The notes under the pieces: generated by a model
Told to the model about the DNA's origin: nothing
Database searches by the model: none
The model's input: only the letters and a program-made list of their open reading frames with translations
Position numbers and translations under genes: made by a program
Part shown: positions 8,981 through 18,807 of the stretch, one piece after another
Numbering within the stretch: the stretch's first letter is position 1
How the letters are laid out: the number at the start of each line of letters is the position of its first letter
Assembly: GCA_036743175.1 (NCBI GenBank)
Contig: DAINQB010000002.1
Coordinates: 26,757-90,756, forward strand
From: Bacillota bacterium
GTDB taxonomy: Bacteria > Bacillota > Clostridia > DUPQ01
Length of the DNA: 64,000 bases
Direction of reading: 5' to 3'

Positions 8981-9810
8981 GAACAGGCTTCTTCACCGCC
9001 CAGAAATCCGATTCACCGATACACAGGCTTTCAGGATTCACAAAGCTCATATGCTTCCTTATTCTGACCGGAGCAGTAATGTATTCATATGACCTGCGTG
9101 TGATTCTTTGTGTCATGGTATTTTCATTCATCATACTGAAGATATCAAAGATACGGTTCAGCCAGATTAAACTGATGGTGATATATGTAGTCGTATTCCT
9201 TGCCATAAATGCAATACTGACCTTTCTTTTTTCTCCGGGATACGGTACCGAAATCTATGGCACACGGCATGTCCTTTTGAAATTATTCGGAAGATATGAC
9301 ATAACTGCAGAAACGCTTTTCTTCATTGCTACTAAGTTCATGAAGTACTCTTCCGTTATCCCGCTTGGTATGATATTCCTGCTTACTACTGACCCCAGCG
9401 AGCTGGCATCTTCACTGAATGCCGTCGGAGTACATTACAAGATTGCATTTTCCTTCTCACTTACACTGAGGTACTTTCCTGATATTCAAAGGGACTACCG
9501 GGATATTTCCCAGGCACAGCAGGCAAGGGGTCTTGAGATGTCTGGTAAGGCCAGGATGTGGGACAGGTTCAAAAGGGCACTTGCAATTTTGCTGCCATTG
9601 ATTCTATCAACACTCGATAGAATAGAGACAATAACCAACGCAATGGATCTGAGGGGTTTTGGAAAACACAGGAAAAGAACGTGGTACAGCAGGAAGAGGA
9701 TGACCAGGGCTGATTTCATTGCACTTGCAGTTTCACTTATTATCCTTTCGGCAACACTTTTGGTTGCATTTTTCATTAACAATGGAAGGTTCTACAATCC
9801 CTTCATTTAG
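8977..9810 (+). CDS. ecfT: ECF transporter transmembrane component EcfT (CbiQ family)
   Basis: A polytopic membrane protein with the C-terminal coupling helices typical of EcfT. It overlaps the ecfA stop in an ATGA junction. Confidence 0.85.
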   Translation: MRTGFFTAQKSDSPIHRLSGFTKLICFLILTGAVMYSYDLRVILCVMVFSFIILKISKIRFSQIKLMVIYVVVFLAINAILTFLFSPGYGTEIYGTRHVLLKLFGRYDITAETLFFIATKFMKYSSVIPLGMIFLLTTDPSELASSLNAVGVHYKIAFSFSLTLRYFPDIQRDYRDISQAQQARGLEMSGKARMWDRFKRALAILLPLILSTLDRIETITNAMDLRGFGKHRKRTWYSRKRMTRADFIALAVSLIILSATLLVAFFINNGRFYNPFI

Positions 9811-9837
9811 GGTAAATCATATACAGGAGGATGACCT

Positions 9838-10686
9838 ATGAAATCACTTATGGTTTTTCAAACGGATTTTACATACAAGGAAGGTGCGGTTTGTGCAATG
9901 TACGGGGTAGTCAAGAGTGTCGACCGGGAACTTGAGATTCTCGACGGAACCCATGAAATCCCTCAGTATGATACATGGAGTGCTTCCTACAGGCTGTATC
10001 AGTCAATGAAGTTCTGGCCCCGGGACACGGTTTTTGTTTCAGTCGTGGACCCCGGTGTAGGTACTCCCAGAAAGGCATCAGTTGCAAGAACCAGTGACGG
10101 TTACTATGTGGTTACTCCGGACAACGGCTCACTGACCCACCTGAAGAGACTTGCAGGGATTGAAGAAATACGCGAAATAGATGAAAGGATAAACAGGCTC
10201 AGGGGAAAAGGGACAGAGGAAGTTGCAATTTTCCATGGCCGGGATGTATTCGCATATTGCGGAGCAAGGCTCGCTGCCGGAATCATCAGTTTTGAGGAAG
10301 TCGGTCCATCATATCCGGTTGATGAAATAGTAGAGCACGAGATGCATAAACCGGAAATTTCCATGAACAGTGTCAGTGGCATAATAGAAATACCTGATCC
10401 AAACTTCGGCAACTCCTGGACAAATATCCCTCTCAAGGATTTCAGAACAGCTGGTTTTGAATATGGAGATATGGTTGACGTAGTTATAAAGAACAAGGAT
10501 GATGTGGTCTTTGATAAGAAAATCCTTTTCCACCAATCATTTGGGTTCGCACAAAAGGGTCAGCCGATGATATATAACAATGAACTCATGAACATTGCCT
10601 TTGCGGTCAACCAGGGAAGTTTCCTTGAAACTTATGGTATAGGTTATGGCAGTGACTGGACTGTCCGGTTCACAAAGGAGATATGA
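9838..10686 (+). CDS. SAM hydroxide adenosyltransferase family protein (DUF62, fluorinase/chlorinase-like fold), copy 1
   Basis: Hallmark motifs are present: FQTDFTYKEG, VFVSVVDPGVGT and FHGRDVFAY. The protein is 282 aa long, which is canonical for this family. Confidence 0.85.
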   Translation: MKSLMVFQTDFTYKEGAVCAMYGVVKSVDRELEILDGTHEIPQYDTWSASYRLYQSMKFWPRDTVFVSVVDPGVGTPRKASVARTSDGYYVVTPDNGSLTHLKRLAGIEEIREIDERINRLRGKGTEEVAIFHGRDVFAYCGARLAAGIISFEEVGPSYPVDEIVEHEMHKPEISMNSVSGIIEIPDPNFGNSWTNIPLKDFRTAGFEYGDMVDVVIKNKDDVVFDKKILFHQSFGFAQKGQPMIYNNELMNIAFAVNQGSFLETYGIGYGSDWTVRFTKEI

Positions 10687-11528
10687 CCATGAAGAAATTA
10701 TTGGTTTTTCAAAGTGACTTCGGTCTTGTTGACGGTGCTGTTGCAGCAATGTACGGAGTTGCCTTTGAAATAGATGAAAATCTAAGGGCATACAATCTCA
10801 CTCACGATATACCTCCATATAACGTATGGGAAGCATCTTACAGACTTTTTCAGGCAATGGAATACTGGCCCAGGGAAACGGTCTTTGTTTCCGTGGTGGA
10901 TCCCGGAGTCGGAAGCGGAAGGAAGAGTGTGGTAGCAAGAACAGTAAAGGACCAGTACGTGGTCACCCCTGACAATGGAACGCTGACACACCTTAAAAAA
11001 TATGTCGGCATCGCCAAAGTAAGGGAAATTGAGGAAAGCAGACACAGGCGGAAGGAATCAGAGCACTCACATACATTCCATGGCCGGGACGTCTATGCAT
11101 ATACAGGAGCAAAACTGGCTTCGGGCATCATATCATTTGAGGAAGTAGGTCCGGAACTGGATACCAATGGAATCATTGAACTTGAAACAGGCGATGTCAC
11201 AGTTTCAAGCGACAGTATAACCGGTTCAATAGACATTCTGGATGTGCGGTTCGGGTCTCTTTGGACAAATATCTCAAGGGAGGATTTCCTTGGACTTGGA
11301 TTCCAGTATGGAGACAAGGTCGAAGTTATAATCAGAAACGGTTCAAGAACCATATACAACAACAGGATCAGATTCGGAAAATCCTTTGCAGATGTTTATA
11401 TCAGTGAACAGATAATATATGTAAATTCGTTGTATAGGATGGCAATTGCAATAAACCAGGGCAATTTTGCAAAGGCATACAATATATCAACTGATCCCAG
11501 CTGGACAGTGGAGTTCAGGAAAGTATAG
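10683..11528 (+). CDS. SAM hydroxide adenosyltransferase family protein (DUF62), copy 2
   Basis: It carries FQSDFGLVDG, VFVSVVDPGVGS and FHGRDVYAY, and is a paralogue of the preceding gene. The two genes overlap by 4 nt. Confidence 0.85.
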   Translation: MTMKKLLVFQSDFGLVDGAVAAMYGVAFEIDENLRAYNLTHDIPPYNVWEASYRLFQAMEYWPRETVFVSVVDPGVGSGRKSVVARTVKDQYVVTPDNGTLTHLKKYVGIAKVREIEESRHRRKESEHSHTFHGRDVYAYTGAKLASGIISFEEVGPELDTNGIIELETGDVTVSSDSITGSIDILDVRFGSLWTNISREDFLGLGFQYGDKVEVIIRNGSRTIYNNRIRFGKSFADVYISEQIIYVNSLYRMAIAINQGNFAKAYNISTDPSWTVEFRKV

Positions 11529-11530
11529 AC

Positions 11531-12697
11531 TCAGTATCTTCCATAGGTCCTGGCGGTTTCAACCATTGCATGGATATTCTCAAAGGGAGTATCCCTTCCG
11601 CACTGGTCTCCAGTTGAAAGTATGAATCTGCCTCCTTCGGCAGCGTCGTCAATTGCGGCTTTACAGGCATCAACAACCTGCTTTGTTGTCCCATGCAGCA
11701 TAATATCAGTGGTATGAAGATTTCCCTTCAGTACCAGCTCATGTCCAAATTCTCTTTTCAGATCCCTGAGATTACAGTCTCCCATCGGTGAGATTTCAAG
11801 AGGGTCTATTACTGTCAGATCGGTCTCCTCGGCACAAATCCTGACCAGCTCCTTTTCAGGACCGCATGAATGAACATGAGATGGGATGCCGTGATCCTTA
11901 CATAGTTTTGCAATATGCTTTACAATTGGAAGTCCCAGGTCCCTGAAGATTTCCGGAGTCTGGAATACAAGGGTTCCGCTTGCTCCTGTGCAGATGAAAT
12001 CCGGAGGTTCTTGAAGCTCCATCAGCCAATTGAATCTTTTTGTAAACAACTCGATTTTCCTATCCCTTAATTCCCTGTATTTATTTGGATTATCATAATA
12101 CTCATATATCTGCGAAGGATTTCCAAGCAAGGCGGATGTACCACAGAAAACTCCAACCAAGCCCTGGATGCCCATTTTTCTCTTAACTGCTGCAAGAAGC
12201 TCAGCGCTTCTGTACTCTTTTTTAACATCATGGATTCTTATGGGATTAACGGGAGTCCGGGAAAGACCTATGGATTCAGGATCAAGCCTGTGTGTCGGTG
12301 GGTTGTCCCTGTAATATACTGTGACGGTATCTTCCCATGCCCTATTGTGAGTTTTGGACCTGCTAAGGTCATATCTCTGGGTTACTATTCTCTCATCATT
12401 TTGGAAAACTATCATCTCTTCCATGTTGTCTTCATATTCATCATGCATACGGACCGGAGCATACCCGTCCATAAGGGAATCAATGTCAAAATACTTTGCA
12501 GCATCAATATATGCCATATATATCGGGGGATCCTTGTAAAGATACAGCTGCCAGAAGGGTTTGCCTGTCAGCTTTGCAGGAATCATGTTTGATATGTCCG
12601 GAGCAACAGGAACACAGTCGGGAATACTACCAACAAGCGTAATTTCCAGTCTTTTCCTTGAATTCATTCTGTCCATATCCGTTAACCTCTGTTCCAT
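11531..12697 (-). CDS. uroporphyrinogen decarboxylase (URO-D) family protein, MtaA/CmuA-like methyltransferase fold
   Basis: The 388-aa protein has a URO-D-like TIM-barrel signature. It is paralogous to 49386-50420 and 61530-62675. Confidence 0.65.
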   Translation of the reverse strand: MEQRLTDMDRMNSRKRLEITLVGSIPDCVPVAPDISNMIPAKLTGKPFWQLYLYKDPPIYMAYIDAAKYFDIDSLMDGYAPVRMHDEYEDNMEEMIVFQNDERIVTQRYDLSRSKTHNRAWEDTVTVYYRDNPPTHRLDPESIGLSRTPVNPIRIHDVKKEYRSAELLAAVKRKMGIQGLVGVFCGTSALLGNPSQIYEYYDNPNKYRELRDRKIELFTKRFNWLMELQEPPDFICTGASGTLVFQTPEIFRDLGLPIVKHIAKLCKDHGIPSHVHSCGPEKELVRICAEETDLTVIDPLEISPMGDCNLRDLKREFGHELVLKGNLHTTDIMLHGTTKQVVDACKAAIDDAAEGGRFILSTGDQCGRDTPFENIHAMVETARTYGRY

Positions 12698-12833
12698 TAT
12701 ATATACTTTTCCACAAACATATGTGGATATCCATGTAAATCCTGTGCAAAGATTCGTCTCAAAACATTAAATACTGCATTTTATGTGGAAAACCTGTTTG
12801 TATCCTTGTATATCCTGTTCACATCAAATAATC

Positions 12834-12894
12834 ACCTGTCAGGAAAATATTTTCCTGACAGGTAGATATTTTCCTGACAGGTAGATATTTTCTT
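12834..12894. repeat. palindrome/tandem array, copy a: a 30-bp perfect palindrome followed by three 19-bp-period units of the AGGAAAATATTTTCCT family
   Basis: Positions 12834-12863 form the perfect palindrome CCTGTCAGGAAAATATTTTCCTGACAGG. Three 16-bp units lie at 12841, 12860 and 12879: AGGAAAATATTTTCCT, AGGTAGATATTTTCCT and AGGTAGATATTTTCTT. Confidence 0.8.
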
Positions 12895-12898
12895 TTCA

Positions 12899-12926
12899 TG
12901 AAAAAAGAGCCCCGGTACCGGGGCCC
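12899..12926 (-). terminator. intrinsic terminator of the carbamate kinase gene
   Basis: A 16-bp GC palindrome (GCCCCGGTACCGGGGC, 12909-12924) is followed on the minus strand by TTTTTT. Confidence 0.7.
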
Positions 12927-12941
12927 CATGATTGCTATAAG

Positions 12942-13892
12942 TCAGTGCGTGATAATTGTACCGGCTTCACCACGGATTGCCTTTTGCAGATTGTCGGGTG
13001 ATGTGATGATTGCTTTGCTTCCACCCTTTTCAAGGAACTGCAAAGCGGCTTCAATCTTGGGAAGCATGCTGCCCGGGGCAAAGTGTCCTTCATCTCTAAG
13101 CTTCTTCAGTTCCTTTACAGTGATTTCATGCAGCTTCAGTTCATTGGGCTTACCAAAATCTATACATACATTCTGTACAGCCGTCGAGATGATGAACACA
13201 TCGGCATTGAGAAGGTTCGCAAGCATTCCTGATGCATGGTCCTTGTCTATTACCGCATTTATTCCTGTGTAATGACTGTTCTCATCTATTGTCACAGGAA
13301 TTCCACCTCCGCCTACTGCAATTACTGTAAATCCGGACTTAACCAGCTTATCTATTGCGTCAATTTCGACTATGCTCTTTGGCATGGGTGAAGGAACAAC
13401 CCTTCTGTATCCCCTGTTGGAGTCTTCAATCACAACCCAGTCGGGATGGTCGTTTCTTATTTTTTCAATCTGCTCCGGTCCGTAGAATGAACCGATTGGT
13501 TTTGCAGGATTCTCAAAGGCCGGGTCATTGGCATCAACCTCAACCTGTGTAACGATGGTAACGGCATTTTTGACAATGTTCCTTCTGGCAAACTCATTGT
13601 GCAGCGCCTGCTGTATCTGGTATCCGAGTGCTCCCTGGGTATCTGCATCGCAGCTAACCAATGGAACGGGATGCATATGTTCAACTTCTTCGGCAATCTC
13701 GGAACGTCTCATTATGAATCCTACCTGAGGCCCGTTTCCATGGGTGACAACTACCTCATATCCCTCCTCAATCAGATCCACAATATAGCGGACCGTTTCA
13801 CATATCGCATCATATTGATCCGACACATTGACATGATCCTTGTCTCTTATCAGTGAGTTCCCGCCTATTGCAATGACGGCAAGTCTTGACAT
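12942..13892 (-). CDS. arcC: carbamate kinase
   Basis: The protein begins MSRLAVIAIGGNSL and has a carbamate kinase-like amino acid kinase fold over about 316 aa. It is adjacent to the ygeW-like gene. Confidence 0.9.
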   Translation of the reverse strand: MSRLAVIAIGGNSLIRDKDHVNVSDQYDAICETVRYIVDLIEEGYEVVVTHGNGPQVGFIMRRSEIAEEVEHMHPVPLVSCDADTQGALGYQIQQALHNEFARRNIVKNAVTIVTQVEVDANDPAFENPAKPIGSFYGPEQIEKIRNDHPDWVVIEDSNRGYRRVVPSPMPKSIVEIDAIDKLVKSGFTVIAVGGGGIPVTIDENSHYTGINAVIDKDHASGMLANLLNADVFIISTAVQNVCIDFGKPNELKLHEITVKELKKLRDEGHFAPGSMLPKIEAALQFLEKGGSKAIITSPDNLQKAIRGEAGTIITH

Positions 13893-13900
13893 AAAACCTC

Positions 13901-14884
13901 CTATTTGCCACCCATTGTCAGGGTCATAACCGCTTTTGCTGTATGCAATCTGTTTTCTGCCTCGTCATATACTATGGAATGGGGTCCGTCGATTACGGAA
14001 TCCACAACTTCATTGCCTCTATCAGCAGGAAGTGCATGCATGTACATTACATCACGGCTTGCCAAGTCCATCATTTCCTCAGTACACTTCCATCCCCTGT
14101 AGGACTCAAGGAGGTCATCGACTACAGCTGTGCTTTGGTTGTTGACCCAGCTTCCCCAGTTCTTCGGAATGACAACATCCGCATCCTTGTATGCTTCCTC
14201 CATGTTGTGGGTTATCCTGAATTTACCATTGTTCAGCCTTGCATTTTCCTTTGCCTGCTCAATTGCCCAGTCAGGAAGGTCATAGCCTTCGGGATATGCC
14301 AGTGTTACATCCATGCCGTACCTCGGGAATAGGAGTGCCTGTGTCAGCGGGACAGATATCGGCTTCTTATGACTTGTTGCATAAGCCCAGATTATTGAAA
14401 CCTTCAGGTTCCTTGTAGTCTCGGTTTTCTCCTTTATGGTCATGAGGTCCGCAATTCCCTGCATCGGATGATAAATGTCGCACTGCAGGCTCATAATGGG
14501 AACCGTTGCATGTTCTGCCATGCCTCTGAGATATTTGTTCCCAACTTCCCAGTAACAGTTCCTGCATGCAATGGCATGACCATATCTTGAAAGAATAATT
14601 GCCGTATCCTTTGCTGATTCCCCATGGGATATCTGCATGGTGCTTGTATCAAGGAAGTTTGCATGTCCTCCAAGCTGCGCAATACCGGCTTCCATGGAAT
14701 TCCTTGTCCTCGTGGACTGTTCAAAGAACATGAGGAACATGGTCTTTCTAAGGAGATATGGAGTATCAAGGCCCATGGCGTATTTTCTCTTCAAATCGAA
14801 GGATACGTCCAGGAGCGTGTCCAGTTCTTCCTTGTTCCAGTCCTGCAATGTTATGAAATGCTTCCCTTTGAATTCTGTTTTCAT
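13901..14884 (-). CDS. ygeW: YgeW-like carbamoyltransferase (ornithine/aspartate carbamoyltransferase superfamily)
   Basis: The STRTR carbamoyl-phosphate motif and an HPxQ motif are present. The start was chosen at MKTEFKGKHFITL, which has a GAAGGGGA RBS. It is next to arcC and the ygeY-like gene. Confidence 0.85.
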   Translation of the reverse strand: MKTEFKGKHFITLQDWNKEELDTLLDVSFDLKRKYAMGLDTPYLLRKTMFLMFFEQSTRTRNSMEAGIAQLGGHANFLDTSTMQISHGESAKDTAIILSRYGHAIACRNCYWEVGNKYLRGMAEHATVPIMSLQCDIYHPMQGIADLMTIKEKTETTRNLKVSIIWAYATSHKKPISVPLTQALLFPRYGMDVTLAYPEGYDLPDWAIEQAKENARLNNGKFRITHNMEEAYKDADVVIPKNWGSWVNNQSTAVVDDLLESYRGWKCTEEMMDLASRDVMYMHALPADRGNEVVDSVIDGPHSIVYDEAENRLHTAKAVMTLTMGGK

Positions 14885-14897
14885 ATAATCTTCCCCT

Positions 14898-16103
14898 TCA
14901 TTTTGCGTATTTTTTTGTATATACAGATGGTATCGCTGCATACATTGCCGCAGCCTTTACCAATTCATCCTTCCAGGTCCTCTCGTTGGGAGCGTGGGCC
15001 TGGTCTTCATGTCCCGGACCGAACCCTACACAAGGTATCCCGAAACGGCCCATTATTGAAACTGCATTGGTTGAGAAAGTCCATTTATCAACCAGAGGCT
15101 TTTTGTCGAATAGATTTTCATATGCGTCGACCAGGGTCCGGCAGGCCGGATGATCTTCATCGAGGACCCATGTCGGGAAATAACTTTTTGTGGGATATGA
15201 AAGCCCTGTAAATGAAGGTCTTTCATAATCATACATTTCAACGGTTGCTCCGGCTTCTTTTACAGATTTCAGATTCCTGATCTGTTCCAGTGCATACTCC
15301 CATGTCTCACCGTCTGTCAGCCTTCTGTCTATGGAAATTGAACATCCGTCAGCCACGGCACATCTTGAAGGCGAGCTGAAGAAAATTTCTGAAACCGTAA
15401 GACTGCCTTTTCCAAGAAAAGCATTATCCATCAGAACCTCATGAAGTTCCTTGAGTTCTGATATTATGGGAGCCATCTTATATATTGCATTGTCTCCTCG
15501 CTCGGGAGCGGAACCATGGCAGCTTATACCGGAAGTTGAAACCTTTATTTCCATCCTTCCCCTATGGCCTCTGTATATGTTGAGTGATGTCGGCTCTGTT
15601 ATTACCACGAACTCAGGTCGTATGTCGCTCTGCTCAATCATGTACTGCCAGCAAAGACCATCACAGTCTTCTTCCTGTACAGTACCTGTTACCAGAAGTG
15701 TATAATCATCCAGCAGGTCCAGGTCCTTTATGATTTTACCGGCATAAACCATGGAAGCCATTCCACCTTCCTGGTCACTTCCTCCTCTGCCGATTATTAC
15801 TTCATCATCTTCATATCCTTCGTAAGGGTCATAATCCCAGAGCTTCCTGTCTCCTATTCCAACGGTGTCTATATGTGCATCCATGGCTATCAGGTGTCTG
15901 CCATGGCCTATGTATCCAAGCACATTTCCCATGGGGTCGATTTCAACCCTGTCGAAACCCACCTTCTCCATCTCTTCCTTGATCCTTAGGATGACCTTCT
16001 CCTCATCACAGCTCTCACTGGGAATCCTGATCATATCCCTGAGGAACGCTGACATCTCACCACGGTATTCCTCTGCCTTTTCCATTATCTTATTGAAATC
16101 CAT
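14898..16103 (-). CDS. ygeY: M20 family peptidase, YgeY-like
   Basis: M20 dimetallopeptidase signatures and a GGAGGA RBS. It lies in a ygeW/ygeY/hydantoinase context. Confidence 0.85.
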   Translation of the reverse strand: MDFNKIMEKAEEYRGEMSAFLRDMIRIPSESCDEEKVILRIKEEMEKVGFDRVEIDPMGNVLGYIGHGRHLIAMDAHIDTVGIGDRKLWDYDPYEGYEDDEVIIGRGGSDQEGGMASMVYAGKIIKDLDLLDDYTLLVTGTVQEEDCDGLCWQYMIEQSDIRPEFVVITEPTSLNIYRGHRGRMEIKVSTSGISCHGSAPERGDNAIYKMAPIISELKELHEVLMDNAFLGKGSLTVSEIFFSSPSRCAVADGCSISIDRRLTDGETWEYALEQIRNLKSVKEAGATVEMYDYERPSFTGLSYPTKSYFPTWVLDEDHPACRTLVDAYENLFDKKPLVDKWTFSTNAVSIMGRFGIPCVGFGPGHEDQAHAPNERTWKDELVKAAAMYAAIPSVYTKKYAK

Positions 16104-16123
16104 CTGTATGTCCTCCGCTTCAC

Positions 16124-17476
16124 TCAGCGCATCTTCAAGATCATTTCATCATAGTGTTTGATCTTATTATATTCATCGTCCCAGAAATCCTGGCTTTTCA
16201 TGGAATCCATATATTCCTTAGTATATCCGAAAGGAATCCAGTCCCTTTCCTTCTGGTCAAAGAGCTGCTGCTTCTTTTCCGGCCTTCTGAAATCATAAAT
16301 ATCTTCCATGTCGGCCTTGTCGAAGATATCACGTTTCCATCTTCTTAGAACGAAATCCTCTGTTTCAAGCGAACGCCTGTCAAGATCTTCTATTACGGAA
16401 TCATACCGGTCAAAGCCATCCGTTGCAATGGTTACAACGTTGTCACCGGGGCCCAGTCTCAGGAACTTGGCCATCTTGATTGCACCTATTATATTACAGA
16501 TTCCGGAAACACCGAACTTGTCCCTGAGATACAGGGCTGTATCCATCGGTATCCCGGATTCAACCAGTATATCCGTTCCGTCATGTATTACCTTAAGGCC
16601 TTTTACAGAATCATCATCATGTATAAGAACTACAAAGTCTGTATTCAGTACATTGTGGATAAGGGTGCACATTTTATCACCGATTCCTTCAATGCGATGC
16701 TGGCCTCTTCCTCCGTTGGTCAGGGTTGAGCACTCATAAGGTTCAAGGGCTGCAACCTTTGCTTCGGGGAATGCATTCTTGATTTCATCACCTGCGGCTA
16801 TGGTTCCTGCTGAACCCGGTGCGCTTGCAAAACATGCTATTCTTCCATTCCCGATTCCTTTTACGGCTTCAATGGCCGAATTACCGGTAACATATCTGTG
16901 GAACCTGTAGTTTGGAAGCAATTCAAACTGGGCAAGGCTCCTGTTCTTTGGTTCCTTCATCAACTCATATGTTCTTTGAAGTGTCAGAATTACATCGGAT
17001 TCCGTTCCTGGAGTGAGGTCAAGTTTTGCTCCGTATTTCTTAATACGGTCGTAGCGTTCCTTGCTCATATTGTCTGGCATGATTACTATTGAATCATATC
17101 CCATCAGATTGCATATATATGAGACTCCGATTCCGAAATTTCCTGTGGAAGGGCCCAGAATCGTATGCTCACCGGGAAGAATCGTTCCATCTACACAACC
17201 TTCTATCAATGTGGAATATGCAGGGCCGACCTTGTGTGAACCTGATGGAAAATATTTCCCCAGCATTACCACAATATTGGCATCTACGCCGGTCAGTTCC
17301 TGCGGAAGCACCACCTTCATCACACTGTTGTCTTCATCCTTCCAGGTAATGTTGAAGAGATTGATGGGATCCAGTTCGTTTTCCCTGGCCCCCAAAGCCC
17401 TGGCCTTGACACCGGGATCGATTTTATCCCTTTCAAGCATTTCCTCATAAGTAGGTCCAAAAGGTATCTTGTTCAT
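16124..17476 (-). CDS. PLP-dependent enzyme, tryptophan-synthase-beta (fold type II) superfamily, with an N-terminal extension
   Basis: The likely PLP-lysine block is SGSHKVG, followed by Gly-rich loops ([10 protein letters not shown]). The start was chosen at MNKIPFG, which has an AGGAGG RBS. Confidence 0.65.
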   Translation of the reverse strand: MNKIPFGPTYEEMLERDKIDPGVKARALGARENELDPINLFNITWKDEDNSVMKVVLPQELTGVDANIVVMLGKYFPSGSHKVGPAYSTLIEGCVDGTILPGEHTILGPSTGNFGIGVSYICNLMGYDSIVIMPDNMSKERYDRIKKYGAKLDLTPGTESDVILTLQRTYELMKEPKNRSLAQFELLPNYRFHRYVTGNSAIEAVKGIGNGRIACFASAPGSAGTIAAGDEIKNAFPEAKVAALEPYECSTLTNGGRGQHRIEGIGDKMCTLIHNVLNTDFVVLIHDDDSVKGLKVIHDGTDILVESGIPMDTALYLRDKFGVSGICNIIGAIKMAKFLRLGPGDNVVTIATDGFDRYDSVIEDLDRRSLETEDFVLRRWKRDIFDKADMEDIYDFRRPEKKQQLFDQKERDWIPFGYTKEYMDSMKSQDFWDDEYNKIKHYDEMILKMR

Positions 17477-17496
17477 GTATATCCTCCTATGGATGT

Positions 17497-18729
17497 TCAT
17501 TCATCCATGTATTTTTCCAATTCCTTCATGTCAGGTTCCATATAAATAGGTTTTCCGGCAGCCTTCATGACATTCTTTACATCCTTCAAACCATTTCCCG
17601 TCACTATAGTACAAACTGATTCACCGGGCTTTATTATTCCCATTTCCACTGCAGCCTCAACGCCTGCATATCCAGTGGCTCCTGCGGGTTCTGCAAATAT
17701 ACCTTCTTCTTTTCCGAGAAGATTCATGGCTTTCAATATATGCTGGTCTGATACAGCCACCCATTCCCCCTTTGATTTTTCCACTGCATTCATGGCCTTG
17801 ACCGGGTTTCTGGGTATTCCAACCGATATACTGTCTGCTATTGTGTTTTCTTCGGCTTTCCTGAGTAGTTCATGGTTTATTGCTGCAGTGACAAAAGGGC
17901 TGCATCCATCTGACTGAACTCCCAGAATCCTTGGGATTCTGTCAGTTATTCCAAGTTGAAGCAAATCGAAAAAGCCCTTGTATACACCGGCAATCGTGCA
18001 ACCGTCCCCTACTGAAACCGCCACCCAATCGGGAACATTCCATCCAAGTTGTTCTGCGATTTCAAGTGCAACTGTCTTTTTACCTTCCACGAGGTGTGGA
18101 TTGATTGCTGCATTCCTGTTGTACCATCCCCATTTATCTATCGCCGCCTTTGAAAGGTTGAAGGCATCACCATAATCTCCCCTGACCACGATTACCCTTG
18201 CCCCGAACAATAAAAGTTGTGCGAGTTTTCCTTCGGGAGCTCTTTCCGGCACGAAAATGACCGTCCGAAGTCCCATCCTGGCTGCATTTCCAGCCAATGA
18301 TGATGCTGCGTTTCCCGTTGAACTGCATGCGATTGTGTGGTTTTTGGTTTCAATGGCACCGGCCACAGCAACTGCAGACGCCCTGTCCTTCAATGAAGCC
18401 GTCGGATTGATCCCATCATCTTTTATATATAGATTCTTTATTCCAGTATGTGCCATGATCCTGTTTGCCTTGTAAACAGGGGTCCATCCTACACGCAGGA
18501 ACTCAGAGGATCTTGATAAATCAACGGAAATCAAGGGACTGTACCGGAACATTGACAAATCCCTGTTCCGGATAAAATATTCCCTGCCCATGATTTTTTT
18601 GATTGCTGTATAGTCAAATACGACATCAAGGATTCCTTTTTCTCCGCAGGACCTGCAGGTGAAGATTCCTTCATCCTTTCCATATTCCCTGCCACACAGT
18701 GTACACCGGAAACCCTCAATATATGTCAC
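17497..18729 (-). CDS. threonine synthase-like PLP enzyme with N-terminal zinc ribbon
   Basis: An N-terminal CTLCG..CRSCG zinc ribbon is present. The SLKDRAS PLP-lysine motif resembles the threonine synthase and cysteine synthase families. Confidence 0.7.
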   Translation of the reverse strand: MTYIEGFRCTLCGREYGKDEGIFTCRSCGEKGILDVVFDYTAIKKIMGREYFIRNRDLSMFRYSPLISVDLSRSSEFLRVGWTPVYKANRIMAHTGIKNLYIKDDGINPTASLKDRASAVAVAGAIETKNHTIACSSTGNAASSLAGNAARMGLRTVIFVPERAPEGKLAQLLLFGARVIVVRGDYGDAFNLSKAAIDKWGWYNRNAAINPHLVEGKKTVALEIAEQLGWNVPDWVAVSVGDGCTIAGVYKGFFDLLQLGITDRIPRILGVQSDGCSPFVTAAINHELLRKAEENTIADSISVGIPRNPVKAMNAVEKSKGEWVAVSDQHILKAMNLLGKEEGIFAEPAGATGYAGVEAAVEMGIIKPGESVCTIVTGNGLKDVKNVMKAAGKPIYMEPDMKELEKYMDE

Positions 18730-18807
18730 ACATTACTCCTTATATCAGTTTAACGAAATTAAACATGTTTAGTGCCATTAAATTCTATCACAACTGATAT
18801 TCTTTTA

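Noticed and set aside
12834-12894. 19-bp-period tandem arrays at 12834, 53238 and 58067 as possible mini-CRISPR arrays
   Set aside because: The spacers between units are only 3 nt, there are at most 3 units, the units are themselves palindromic and degenerate, and there are no cas genes. The arrays are more consistent with an operator or iteron-like or structural repeat.
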